A DNA stretch of 64,000 nucleotides from Longimicrobiales bacterium (GCA_965218325.1 CBDCKR010000002.1:2339869-2403868), one strand, 5' to 3'. Counted from the stretch's first letter, positions 25,529 to 33,953 are shown. The notes: generated by a model from the sequence alone, not told the origin. Made by a program: numbers and translations.

Positions 25529-27508
25529 TTACCATGTGGCGATCTCTTCGGCCGTGGCTGAGATGACTGCCCTCGCGAGTCCAGTCTGAGAGCGGATGAT
25601 CCCGAGGTTCTGCCATGCCACGAGGAACTTCGTGGCCAAATAGTCGCGGCTGTCTCCGCTGTGACCTTGAAGAACCTCAATTGCAGCATCGCGCGCCGCC
25701 GTCATACCCGCTGTGCACGCGTAGTTGATGTGGCATTGAAAGAAATCTGGGAAGCCGTCACGGAGAGCCTCAAACGTAGCCCGGTCGATGGAAAGCGCCT
25801 TTTGAAACGCCACGCTCGATGCGTCATCCTCAAACTGGCGGACCGCTCTCAGGTAGAGTGCGAGTTCGAACCTCACCAGGTCTACTGCGGGATGGCCGGG
25901 TCCTAACGCTTCATAGTCGATTAGGTGGACTTCGCTTTCGCCCCGGATTAGCACGTTTCGTAGATGGACATCCCCGTGCACGACGGCCGACCTCTCCATG
26001 CTCCGGAAGCGCTCCGCGGCCGCCTTCCGCGCTCTTATAGCGCAATCACCTAAGCCCCAGAGGAAACCGTCGCGCTCAAGTGCTTCCAGGTGTGTAGCGG
26101 GGGGGTTGACGAAGGATTCGAGATCGATACTTGGCGGGGGCGTGTACTTGTTAAGCTTTGCCAGGGTTTGGGCAACGCGCGCCAGCGCCCGCGCTAAGAA
26201 CAGCCGATCCTCCTCCACCCCATCCGGATGACTCTGCATCCACTGTCTATCCCAGAGCTTGCCCAATCGCTCCTCAAGGGACTCGGCCGGAAGTGAAGGG
26301 TTCCCGTCACCACTGACTAGGCCGAAGAGGATGACTGCGGCCTTCCCGTGAAAGTGACACTCAGGTCTCAGTGCATCGTTCCAGGGCCGTACAAACGTCC
26401 GGACCCGCCGCATCTCATCTAGCGCGAGGCGTTTAGACGTGATCTTGGCCACGAATGGCGGAGTCTCACCGCACATGACGGTTGCCAGCCTTGCTTCGGA
26501 AAGCCCTCCCGGTAGAAAGCGAACGGTTAGCGGCCTCGAATCCAATTCCGGATCGAAGCCCTCTGCCCGCACTCGGGCTCGTGCTGCCGCGACGAGCAGG
26601 TGAGCTTCGTCTGAGGTCAGATCACCTAGGACGAAAGACGCGGATTCATGAGATTGCAGCAGCTTCGCCGCATTCCGGAAGAAGGACAGCTCAGCGTCCC
26701 GGATCGTCCTATTCGTCCGAAACGAGATTGTGTCGTGTGAAACAGGGGTGCCGAGCTGTCGCACCGTCTTGATGATTTGAGACGCGCCGTCGCGGGAAAG
26801 CTGTAGCCCGGCAGCTTCGTGCACGCGAATCGCAATGAAGCTGGAATAACCCGCGAGGGTCTTGAAGAGGGCATTCTGGGCTGTCGCATCGAGGAGCGTG
26901 AGTCCTGACTCGTCGATCGCGCACCCACAGACATCGGTACTTGTAGCCAGCACCTTTGCTAGGTCAGCGGGGGTCTCGACGACCACAGGGTCCAACCCCT
27001 TTCTCTGAAGCAGCCTTCGGTTAGCGTGCTGATGATCGGGATGGCACAGCAGCAGGACCGTTGAATAGGCCAGCCGTTCCTCGGCTGTTTCAAGGCTCCC
27101 TTGGCCACGACGGTCCGGTGCTACAACTGGAGACGGAGCCTCCGTTGTCTCTTGCGCCGCAAGTGTTGGTGTTCCCCGCTGGGACCCATAGACTTCCAGC
27201 CGGGCGCTGGCGGGAATGACGTTGGCAACGGTCGCGCGCAAATGAGCCGGGAATCCACGCGCCATTTGAGCAAGCGGCGAAAGCTGGTCTCGACGTAGCT
27301 GGAGACCCCGCAGCAGCGTCCCCAGGCGCTTCGCTTGAGTGCGCTTAGAAAGAAGGGGATTCCGGCTGAGAGCATCCGATACGTCACGCACGAGCTGCAC
27401 GGCAGAGTCTCCAGTCGGGACCTGCCAGCGCCCCAACGCGAGCGCGTCCTGAGCAATCCGATCAGCGTTGGCCGCGACACCCTCGATGAACTCATCGCGC
27501 GTCATCAC
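25529..27508 (-). CDS. Multidomain protein: helical N-terminus, REC-like (flavodoxin-fold) domain, C-terminal APH/protein-kinase-like phosphotransferase domain
   Basis: REC-like: VLLLCHPD..DPVVVET..VCGCAIDES..SFIAIRV. Kinase N-lobe: FLPGGLSEARLATV..PFVAKIT..DEMRRV. Catalytic loop VVHGDVHLRNVLI and IDYE. GTG 27508 / ATG 27505 overlaps the ATPase stop. Confidence 0.75.
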   Translation of the reverse strand: MMTRDEFIEGVAANADRIAQDALALGRWQVPTGDSAVQLVRDVSDALSRNPLLSKRTQAKRLGTLLRGLQLRRDQLSPLAQMARGFPAHLRATVANVIPASARLEVYGSQRGTPTLAAQETTEAPSPVVAPDRRGQGSLETAEERLAYSTVLLLCHPDHQHANRRLLQRKGLDPVVVETPADLAKVLATSTDVCGCAIDESGLTLLDATAQNALFKTLAGYSSFIAIRVHEAAGLQLSRDGASQIIKTVRQLGTPVSHDTISFRTNRTIRDAELSFFRNAAKLLQSHESASFVLGDLTSDEAHLLVAAARARVRAEGFDPELDSRPLTVRFLPGGLSEARLATVMCGETPPFVAKITSKRLALDEMRRVRTFVRPWNDALRPECHFHGKAAVILFGLVSGDGNPSLPAESLEERLGKLWDRQWMQSHPDGVEEDRLFLARALARVAQTLAKLNKYTPPPSIDLESFVNPPATHLEALERDGFLWGLGDCAIRARKAAAERFRSMERSAVVHGDVHLRNVLIRGESEVHLIDYEALGPGHPAVDLVRFELALYLRAVRQFEDDASSVAFQKALSIDRATFEALRDGFPDFFQCHINYACTAGMTAARDAAIEVLQGHSGDSRDYLATKFLVAWQNLGIIRSQTGLARAVISATAEEIATW

Positions 27509-29442
27509 GTCTCCGCGTTCACTGTCTCCGCTATCTCGCCATCCGACCCAGCCAAGAGTTCGCCATAGTGGCGTTCGCGCTCAACGAATGCTTCTGCCCC
27601 TCCCTCCAGGAGGTCGAGAATCTCCTGTTTCCGGATGTCCACACTCCCAGTCAGTGCGGGCGCCGCCTTCGTCGGGCCTTCCATGCTCATCACTACGATT
27701 TTCTCTGCTTCACCCAGCACGGGAATGTTCGCATTGTGAGTGACAAATATCAGTTGCCGCTTGGACTTTAGCTGGCGTAACGTGGTGATCAACGAGTTGA
27801 AGACGAAGCTATTGTCCAAATCGTCCTCCGGCTGGTCGAACAGCAGAGGATAAGGCAGAGGCCGAAGAATGATCGGTAAGAGAGCTGTCGCCCGCTGACC
27901 CTTGGAGAGCGTCTCGACCGGCTTGGGTTCCCCCTCATCAAAGAGGGTGACCTCCAAGCGAGCCGCCGGAAGTTCTGTCTCAACGTCATACAAGTCGCGA
28001 TGATCGCCGAGGTGCGCGATGACCCGCGTCATCTGCCCCAGATCGCGCCCGAGAAGGTCCGCGAGTCGCTGCGCATCCCCTGTCTCAGTCAAGTCGATCA
28101 GCGTGCTAGGTTCAATGCGGTCTGCGATTGAGCGTGCTACCTCTTCTTGCGACCGGATCCGGGAACCAGTAAGAAACGCACTCAGGCGCCCAGCGTACGT
28201 GCGGCTGTTCCACGATGATCCCAGCGTGAGTTGGACGGTATCACCGTGCTCGCGGTTGATCGAATCGATCTCAGCGATTCGCAACTCGTAAAGTTGGTCA
28301 TCAATCCGCTGCAGTTCGCCACGCAGGTTCGTCCGTTCCTTCAGAAGACGCGACTCCTCCACCCGTGCCGCTTCTGCCTGCGTCTTCAGCTGTTCCAGAT
28401 GTTCCACCTGTCGCTTCAGGACGTGCTGCTGCTTGAGCGACTCATTCACGGCTTGCTCCTGCTGCCGTAACTGATAGTACAGCTCGCTCGCTTCCTCGAA
28501 GCGCCTATCGAGAGCATCGATGAGCGGCGCCAGGCGTACCGAATCTACCTTCTGGGCCACCGTCATGACTTCGCCAACGGCGGCAGCTAGGTCCATCAGC
28601 GGAGCCGTCTCGTCTCGCAAGGCGCTTTCCGTATCCGCCGTGACTGATGCTATAGACTCGGCAATTCGGCGGGCTGGCCCCCGAACACGTTCGAGACGAT
28701 CCGCAAGACCTTCCCGCTCGACCTCTACGCCCCTTACTGCTTCTAGCATTTTCTGTCGGCGCTCGTGGCTTTGGCGTTCCGCTTCTAACTCTGGACTCGC
28801 AGTAGGGGCTTCCTTCGTAAGACTATCGAGCTGACTCCGGGCTGCGTCTAGTTGGGTGATCTCGTGATCCAAGGTGGAGAGCTGCCCCCGGATCTTTCGG
28901 AGGCCAGGCCCAAGGTACCTCAGCCTCTCAGCTGTCTTCTGTCGTTCCGCATTCAGCTCTGCCACTTGGTTTCTGTGCGGACGGTCGATCAACGCAAGAC
29001 GTAACTTGTCATTGTCGTCCTCTGCGAGCCGTTGAAGGTCTCCCTGAGAAAAAATCTCGATGTCCCGAAGGAGGTCACGGTTCGTGTGTTCCCGAACTCC
29101 ATCTACGAAGATTCGCGGTTCGCCACCGACTTCGCGTTCGAGCGTGACCTCCTGCTGCGAACTGCTATCGGCAGTCTCAAGCGCACACCGCACGCTACCC
29201 GCGCGTAGCGTGTTCTTGATGATCCCGTATGTTGGCCACCTCGGCTCACCGTCGTCGTCCTCCCCGATGAGCGTGGCAACCCGGACCTCTTCCAACTCGA
29301 ACGCAAAGCGGATGCTCTCGATGAGTGTGGACTTGCATGTGCCCCGGGCACCGATGATGCAGGTGAGGCCACGCCCGAGGTCAACGGGACAGTCCTCCAA
29401 AAACCCCGACGAGGTTGATACCGCCTTCAGGTAGGTGCTCAT
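27505..29442 (-). CDS. SMC/ABC-type ATPase with long coiled-coil insert (TrlF-like AAA ATPase signature)
   Basis: Walker A GARGTCKSTLIES. About 330 aa of heptad-rich coiled coil. Signature LSKGQRATALL. Walker B LLFDQPEDDLDN. QLIFVTHNANIPVLGEAEKIVVM. Confidence 0.8.
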   Translation of the reverse strand: MSTYLKAVSTSSGFLEDCPVDLGRGLTCIIGARGTCKSTLIESIRFAFELEEVRVATLIGEDDDGEPRWPTYGIIKNTLRAGSVRCALETADSSSQQEVTLEREVGGEPRIFVDGVREHTNRDLLRDIEIFSQGDLQRLAEDDNDKLRLALIDRPHRNQVAELNAERQKTAERLRYLGPGLRKIRGQLSTLDHEITQLDAARSQLDSLTKEAPTASPELEAERQSHERRQKMLEAVRGVEVEREGLADRLERVRGPARRIAESIASVTADTESALRDETAPLMDLAAAVGEVMTVAQKVDSVRLAPLIDALDRRFEEASELYYQLRQQEQAVNESLKQQHVLKRQVEHLEQLKTQAEAARVEESRLLKERTNLRGELQRIDDQLYELRIAEIDSINREHGDTVQLTLGSSWNSRTYAGRLSAFLTGSRIRSQEEVARSIADRIEPSTLIDLTETGDAQRLADLLGRDLGQMTRVIAHLGDHRDLYDVETELPAARLEVTLFDEGEPKPVETLSKGQRATALLPIILRPLPYPLLFDQPEDDLDNSFVFNSLITTLRQLKSKRQLIFVTHNANIPVLGEAEKIVVMSMEGPTKAAPALTGSVDIRKQEILDLLEGGAEAFVERERHYGELLAGSDGEIAETVNAET

Positions 29443-29474
29443 AGCAGGTCACCGGGCAATTGGGCTTTGGCTTC

Positions 29475-29504
29475 TTGTTCGCAGCAAGGTATTAGTATTA
29501 TAAT
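29475..29504 (+). promoter_or_regulatory. Putative sigma70-type promoter giving a (near-)leaderless mRNA for the 29513 gene
   Basis: TTGTTC (29475-29480), 18-nt spacer, perfect TATAAT (29499-29504). The ATG at 29513 lies only 8 nt past the -10 box. No RBS. AT-rich divergent intergenic region. Confidence 0.4.
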
Positions 29505-29512
29505 CTCGTTCA

Positions 29513-30082
29513 ATGGATGAGATCAAGAGACCACGCGACTATAGCGTCCTGCTCAGGAAGCCGGGAGACGGGCCGGACGCCTGGGGAACGTCGGCCGGCA
29601 TCAACGTCTTCTCGAGACTCAATGCCGAGCTGGTCCGGCTCACGGACAGCACCGTCGTTGTACTCGACTACTCAGGCGTCGAGCGGACGGATGTGAGCTT
29701 TCAACGAGAGGGGGTAGTCGAGACGGTGAAAAAGCATCGTCCCCGGCTCCTCTTCATCGCCTCTAACGTGGGTGACGAAGACGTGCTCGCGAATCTGGGC
29801 GCGGCACTGGAGGCTCGCGGCGAAACTCTGCTCGTCCGGCAGCGGGGGGAGCCGCCGCGTATTCTCGGCCGCCGATTGGCCAAGGAGCACGAGGATACTC
29901 TTTGGGCGGTCCACGAGCATCCTGGGTTCACATCAACTCAGCTGACTGTCCCACCGTATGGACTCGAAGGGTCTACGGCCTCTGCACGGCTGACAGCACT
30001 CTGGAAGGCGGGGTTGCTGGGCCGCATCCAAGGAGCCTCTCCGAGCGGTGGCCGAGAGTACCGGTACTATCCGATCCGTTGA
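29513..30082 (+). CDS. STAS-like (DUF4325-type) domain fused to a winged-helix DNA-binding domain
   Basis: ..VVVLDYSGVERTDVSFQREGVVETV.. (STAS-like). C-terminal ..WAVHEHPGFTSTQLT..ASARLTALWKAGLLGRIQ..REYRYYP (MarR-like wHTH). Confidence 0.55.
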   Translation: MDEIKRPRDYSVLLRKPGDGPDAWGTSAGINVFSRLNAELVRLTDSTVVVLDYSGVERTDVSFQREGVVETVKKHRPRLLFIASNVGDEDVLANLGAALEARGETLLVRQRGEPPRILGRRLAKEHEDTLWAVHEHPGFTSTQLTVPPYGLEGSTASARLTALWKAGLLGRIQGASPSGGREYRYYPIR

Positions 30083-30532
30083 CGCGTACGGCAGACCCTG
30101 GACTTTCCTCGTCCTTGGCAAGGCTTTGCATGACCTCATCGACCTGCGACGGCGATACGGATCATTCCCCACGCGCCGTCTCGGCCATGCGCAGCAGGAT
30201 GTCACCGGCGATGCCGAGGTGGCGCACTCGCTGCTCGCCCTCCAGTTGCGCAAGAGGCTGCCGTTCGAGGCCGTACCTGTTCACGGGCCCATCGTCCTGC
30301 CGGCCCCGCCCGGAACGGGCAAGACCACCCTGGCGCGAGGGTTGGCGAACACGGTCGCCGAAGCGCTTGAGGGGGCGAAAGCGCATTTCATCCAGATCGA
30401 TCCGCACCCCTGGCTACCGCGGCCCTGGGGAGGAGCCAGAAGGAAGTCGCCGAGCTCCTCCACCAGATCATCAGTAAGACTTCGTCGCTCGACTTCCCCT
30501 ATGCTTTCTACAAACGGAGGTGCACCCCATGA
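30048..30532 (+). pseudogene. Truncated and frameshifted AAA+ ATPase (Walker A only, TRIP13/Pch2-like spacing)
   Basis: ..VHGPIVLPAPPGTGKTTLARGLANTVAEAL..HFIQIDPH, then in the +1-shifted frame PLATAALGRSQKEVAELLHQII..RRCTP*. Its TGA overlaps the Ubl ATG (ATGA). No Walker B. Confidence 0.55.
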
Positions 30533-30777
30533 ATGGTGACACGCAAATTTTCGTGAGCGGTCGCGAGTACAAGGTCCCTGGCAATGTCGTCAGCTACGAG
30601 CAGGTCGTGAAGATCTGGAACCAGCTGCACGAGGCGGAGAACAAGCACATCATCGGCACGCCCGGCATCGACTACGAAGACAGCTTGAAAGGCGAGGACG
30701 GTATTCTCCTTCCGGGCAAGGACGTTCAAGTCAAGGACGGCACGAGCTTTTCGGTAGATCCCGAGCATGTCTCCTAA
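30529..30777 (+). CDS. Single-domain multiubiquitin-family ubiquitin-like protein
   Basis: GGAGG RBS. MNGDTQIFVSGREYKVPGNVVSYEQVV..LLPGKDVQVKDGTSFSVDPEHVS fits the multiubiquitin beta-grasp pattern. Overlaps the E1 gene by 11 nt. Confidence 0.65.
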   Translation: MNGDTQIFVSGREYKVPGNVVSYEQVVKIWNQLHEAENKHIIGTPGIDYEDSLKGEDGILLPGKDVQVKDGTSFSVDPEHVS

Positions 30778-31969
30778 GGATCGCCTCTCCGCGTTCGCGG
30801 AGCAGGCCGGGTTTACCGTCAGGGTCGAATCCGACGTTGTCCTGGCCGTCCAGGTTCCTTGTCTCCTTGCAGATGGGGTTGTGGGCACTTGCACTATTGA
30901 GAAGTCCTACGACCCGGCGAGCGAGAAACCGAATGACCGGATAGGCGGCGCAGCCCATGCGGTGCGGATCACCACTGACGAAGAGCACGACGGGCGTGTG
31001 TACCACGCGGATGGGAACCCTATTGAGAGCCGCATCGACGGCGACGGAAAAACCTGGTCGAACATCTCCATCCGGAAAGGTAGCCAAGGCAGCCCGGAGG
31101 AGGACGAGTCGGTGAGCGACTTGATCCACCGCTATGCGAAGCAGATCGTCGGGGCCGTGTCGGCGGCTGGCTACTCCGAAACCGCTTCTCTCGCGATGCG
31201 GGGTCCGTTCAAGATACCCAACACTTTCGAGGCACGGGCGGCGATAGGCCCGGTTCAGGATCGAATCCGCGATCAGCGGATTGCGATCATCGGCCTAGGC
31301 GGAACGGGCGCCTACGTCCTGGATCTTGTTGCCAAGACGCCCGTGATGGAAATTCATCTTTTGGATTCCGACGACGTTAACTGGCACAACTTCATGCGGG
31401 CGCCCGGCGCACCTACTGCCGAGGAGATTGAGTCGCGTCGCAAGGAGCCTCTTCGCAAAGTGGACTACTACCACTCCAAGTACGCTTCCCTCCGGGAAGG
31501 CATTTACCCCCACGCTGTCCGGGTGGATAGCCCGTCCAAGTTCGCCGCGTTTCTATCAGCTCATCCCATTGACTATGGCTTCGTGTGTATCGACCAACTG
31601 ACTGACAGCGATTCGCCGCGTCAGGATGTCGTCTACGCTGCGCTCTCGGAGGCGAGCGTTCCGTTCATAGATTCCGGTGTAAGCATCACGCTGGACAACC
31701 GCGCCATTGGGGGCGCTGTCACCACGAGCGCCTACTCTGGAGGCTCGCTGGCGTGGCAGGATGCCATACCGAATGCCAGAGTTCACGGCGATCGTCCCCG
31801 CTATCGCAACGTTCAACTGCCGGAAGTGAACGCGTTGGCGGCAGCGCTTGCGGTGATGGAGTGGCGGCGGCGCACCGGGCAGTATGTCTCAGAGTCCACT
31901 TCGTTCCTCCATAAGTTCCGGCTCGAGGCGCCGCGCATTGTCCCACAGCGGACTGACTCACAGGAGTGA
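30767..31969 (+). CDS. ThiF/E1-like adenylyltransferase with a ~130-aa N-terminal extra domain (possibly E2-like)
   Basis: Rossmann motif RIAIIGLGGTGAYVLDLVAKTPVMEIHLLDSDDV..NFMR, FVCIDQ, PFIDSG. The N-terminal domain is ..VQVPCLLADGVVGTCTIEKS..GRVYHADGNPIESRIDGDG.. Confidence 0.75.
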   Translation: MSPKDRLSAFAEQAGFTVRVESDVVLAVQVPCLLADGVVGTCTIEKSYDPASEKPNDRIGGAAHAVRITTDEEHDGRVYHADGNPIESRIDGDGKTWSNISIRKGSQGSPEEDESVSDLIHRYAKQIVGAVSAAGYSETASLAMRGPFKIPNTFEARAAIGPVQDRIRDQRIAIIGLGGTGAYVLDLVAKTPVMEIHLLDSDDVNWHNFMRAPGAPTAEEIESRRKEPLRKVDYYHSKYASLREGIYPHAVRVDSPSKFAAFLSAHPIDYGFVCIDQLTDSDSPRQDVVYAALSEASVPFIDSGVSITLDNRAIGGAVTTSAYSGGSLAWQDAIPNARVHGDRPRYRNVQLPEVNALAAALAVMEWRRRTGQYVSESTSFLHKFRLEAPRIVPQRTDSQE

Positions 31970-32391
31970 GGCCGGTGAGACTCCGCCCCTTCTTCGTAGA
32001 CGTATTGCCCGATTTTGACGCAATCAAAGCCGGTGAGCTCTGGATTAGCCACAGATACCGGACTGTCAACTTGCGCTGCCCCTGCGGTTGTGGCGATCTG
32101 ACCGTCCTGTCTCTCCACCCAAGTCGGTGGCACGTTCATTTCGATGGCAAGTCGGTCTCTCTGGACGGTCCTACGGGTGGGTCCGTGTGGGCCAATTCCG
32201 GCTGCGGCAGCCACTACTTCATAAGGAACAACGCCGTCATTTGGGCACGTAGAATCGATCCAGGCCGTCATTTGGAGTATGCCCAAGTCGAGCGGACCCG
32301 GCTGATTGCGTCTCACCGGAGCCGTCTGGCGTGGCGCTCCTGGCTCAAACGTGTATGCCGCTGTCTTTCGCTACGGAGTTGGCGTAAGTAG
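31966..32391 (+). CDS. DUF6527-family Zn-ribbon-like protein
   Basis: ..GELWISHRYRTVNLRCPCGCGDLTVLSLHP..WANSGCGSHYFIRNNAVIW.. The GTG start overlaps the E1 stop (GTGA). Confidence 0.6.
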   Translation: MRPVRLRPFFVDVLPDFDAIKAGELWISHRYRTVNLRCPCGCGDLTVLSLHPSRWHVHFDGKSVSLDGPTGGSVWANSGCGSHYFIRNNAVIWARRIDPGRHLEYAQVERTRLIASHRSRLAWRSWLKRVCRCLSLRSWRK

Positions 32392-32528
32392 AGCTCGAGC
32401 GGGCGAGGAGACCAGCCTGCTGAAGCGTCCAGTGGCCAGCCCGCCCTCCCGGGGGTCACTCCAGGCGTCGGTCCCGTCTCAATGGTCGCCGTGGGAAGCC
32501 TGTCGAGTGCCGCTGAGAGCGCGGCGGC

Positions 32529-32650
32529 TCACAAGATCAGTCCGGCGTCCAAGTCTCGGCTCTCGCCAGCCAGGTAGGCAGCCCAGTCGTCCATGAGTCC
32601 CCGCCGGCGCTCGAACAGATCCGTGCGCCGATAGGCCGCCTCGGCACAGT
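32529..32650 (-). pseudogene. Tyrosine integrase C-terminal remnant
   Basis: ..AEAAYRRTDLFERRRGLMDDWAAYLAGES..* parallels the C-terminus of int at 20673 (VEAAYARSDLFERRRVLMDNWAAYL). It is cut off at hairpin repeat copy 3. Confidence 0.65.
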
Positions 32651-32661
32651 ACAGATGACGT

Positions 32662-32722
32662 AATTCACGGCAAGTGATCGTCTAAATTCGACTAGGACTG
32701 CACGATCTGCCGCACTTGCCGT
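32662..32722 (-). repeat. Hairpin repeat family, copy 3
   Basis: AATTCACGGCAAGTGATCGTCTAAATTCGACTAGGACTGCACGATCTGCCGCACTTGCCGT. Confidence 0.7.
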
Positions 32723-32749
32723 CCGACGATATCAGCAACCTGCCTTGAG

Positions 32750-33200
32750 TTGAGTTCCTCACGCTGGCTGTTGCAGCGTGTTCATCGGTAAACAACGATG
32801 GACGTTGACGCCCTTGCCATTGCCCGCTGCAGTGCGCCGGGCCGCGTGCACGCGGCGGCATAGACGGGATGAGGAGGGATAGCTCCAGTGTCGTTGTCTC
32901 CTGCGTTGGGATCGCTCCCAGCATCGAGTAGTGCGCGGTAATGCCCGGGAACACCCGCACTCATGCTGCTTCGCGAGAGAGTTCCCAGCAGTCAACGCAC
33001 GCGATGAGCGGAACTCGGCTCCCCGCACCACCGCACTTCCGGCAGGCTCTGCCCGGCACAACCTGCATTTGGCCGATGTGATTCGGGGAGTTTAGGAAAT
33101 CGGCCACCGTCTCGTCCCCACACGACGATAGTCAGCCGAGATGGATCTGGAAACGGACGTCCAACTGGTACCGAGGGCCACTTGAGACGACCGGTCGGTC
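32750..33200 (-). pseudogene. Possible decayed ankyrin-repeat gene
   Basis: Fragments such as ..GHYRALLDAGSDPNAGDNDTGAIPPHP.. resemble the ankyrin consensus (..LLDAGADPNA.D..G.TPLH), but they are spread over several frames. Confidence 0.25.
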
Positions 33201-33215
33201 CGCTTTTCCTGTCCG

Positions 33216-33944
33216 TCAATAGTCACTCCAATAGACCTCGGTCGCGAGATATTCGAACAGCACAGACCTGACGAGGTTCCCGCCGCATTGCTCCACGTGA
33301 AAGCGGTAGACACCGTCCTGTACGATGACCCAGCCATCACTCATGTCCTGCCCCGTGACGACACGCGTCATCATCCGGCTACCCAATTCGGCGGGCCACG
33401 GCGCCAGTGCTCCGGCCCTGCCGACAGTATCGAATTCCTCGCGCTCCGCCACCGTCATCGAGACCAGAGGCAGTGTCCAGACATGCTCCGGCTCGGTCAG
33501 CATCGGTTCTCCGCATTCGTAGAACGTGTGGCCGCGCGCGTTCTTGACGACGATACGCTCTACCCTCTTCGTTTCAGGCTTCCAGACGTAGCGCGTCTCG
33601 CCGCCGATGGTCTGGTATTCCGTCTTCGATCGCTCGATCCTGGCGCGCAGTCCCCGGTGGCGTCGTAAAGCACGCGCGACCTTTTTGTCCGTGTGTTGCT
33701 CCGGGTTTGTCGAACCGACGAGCACACAGTATAGGCACAGCGACAGGTATTCCTCGTCCGGTGAAAGACCGTTGTTGCAGGTGGTACAGATTGCGATGAC
33801 GGGGAGGTTGTCCGGGTAGGGCTTACGCAAGAGACCCTTGGACGGAACGTGATCCCTGCTGGTGTCTACTTCGCCGATCCCTGCGCCGCACTGAATACAC
33901 CACGATTTTTGCCGTTCGTCGACGTATTAGTTGATGTAGTCCAT
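33216..33944 (-). pseudogene. HNH endonuclease-domain protein with an in-frame TAA at codon 6
   Basis: GAGG RBS plus ATG at 33944: MDYIN-TAA(33927-33929)-YVDERQKSWCIQCGAGIGEVDTSRDHVPSKG..NLPVIAICTTCNNGLSPDEEYL (HNH motif), then a ~170-aa C-terminal domain. The only downstream start is a TTG at 33830, inside the HNH motif. Confidence 0.65.
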
Positions 33945-33953
33945 CTGCCTGCC

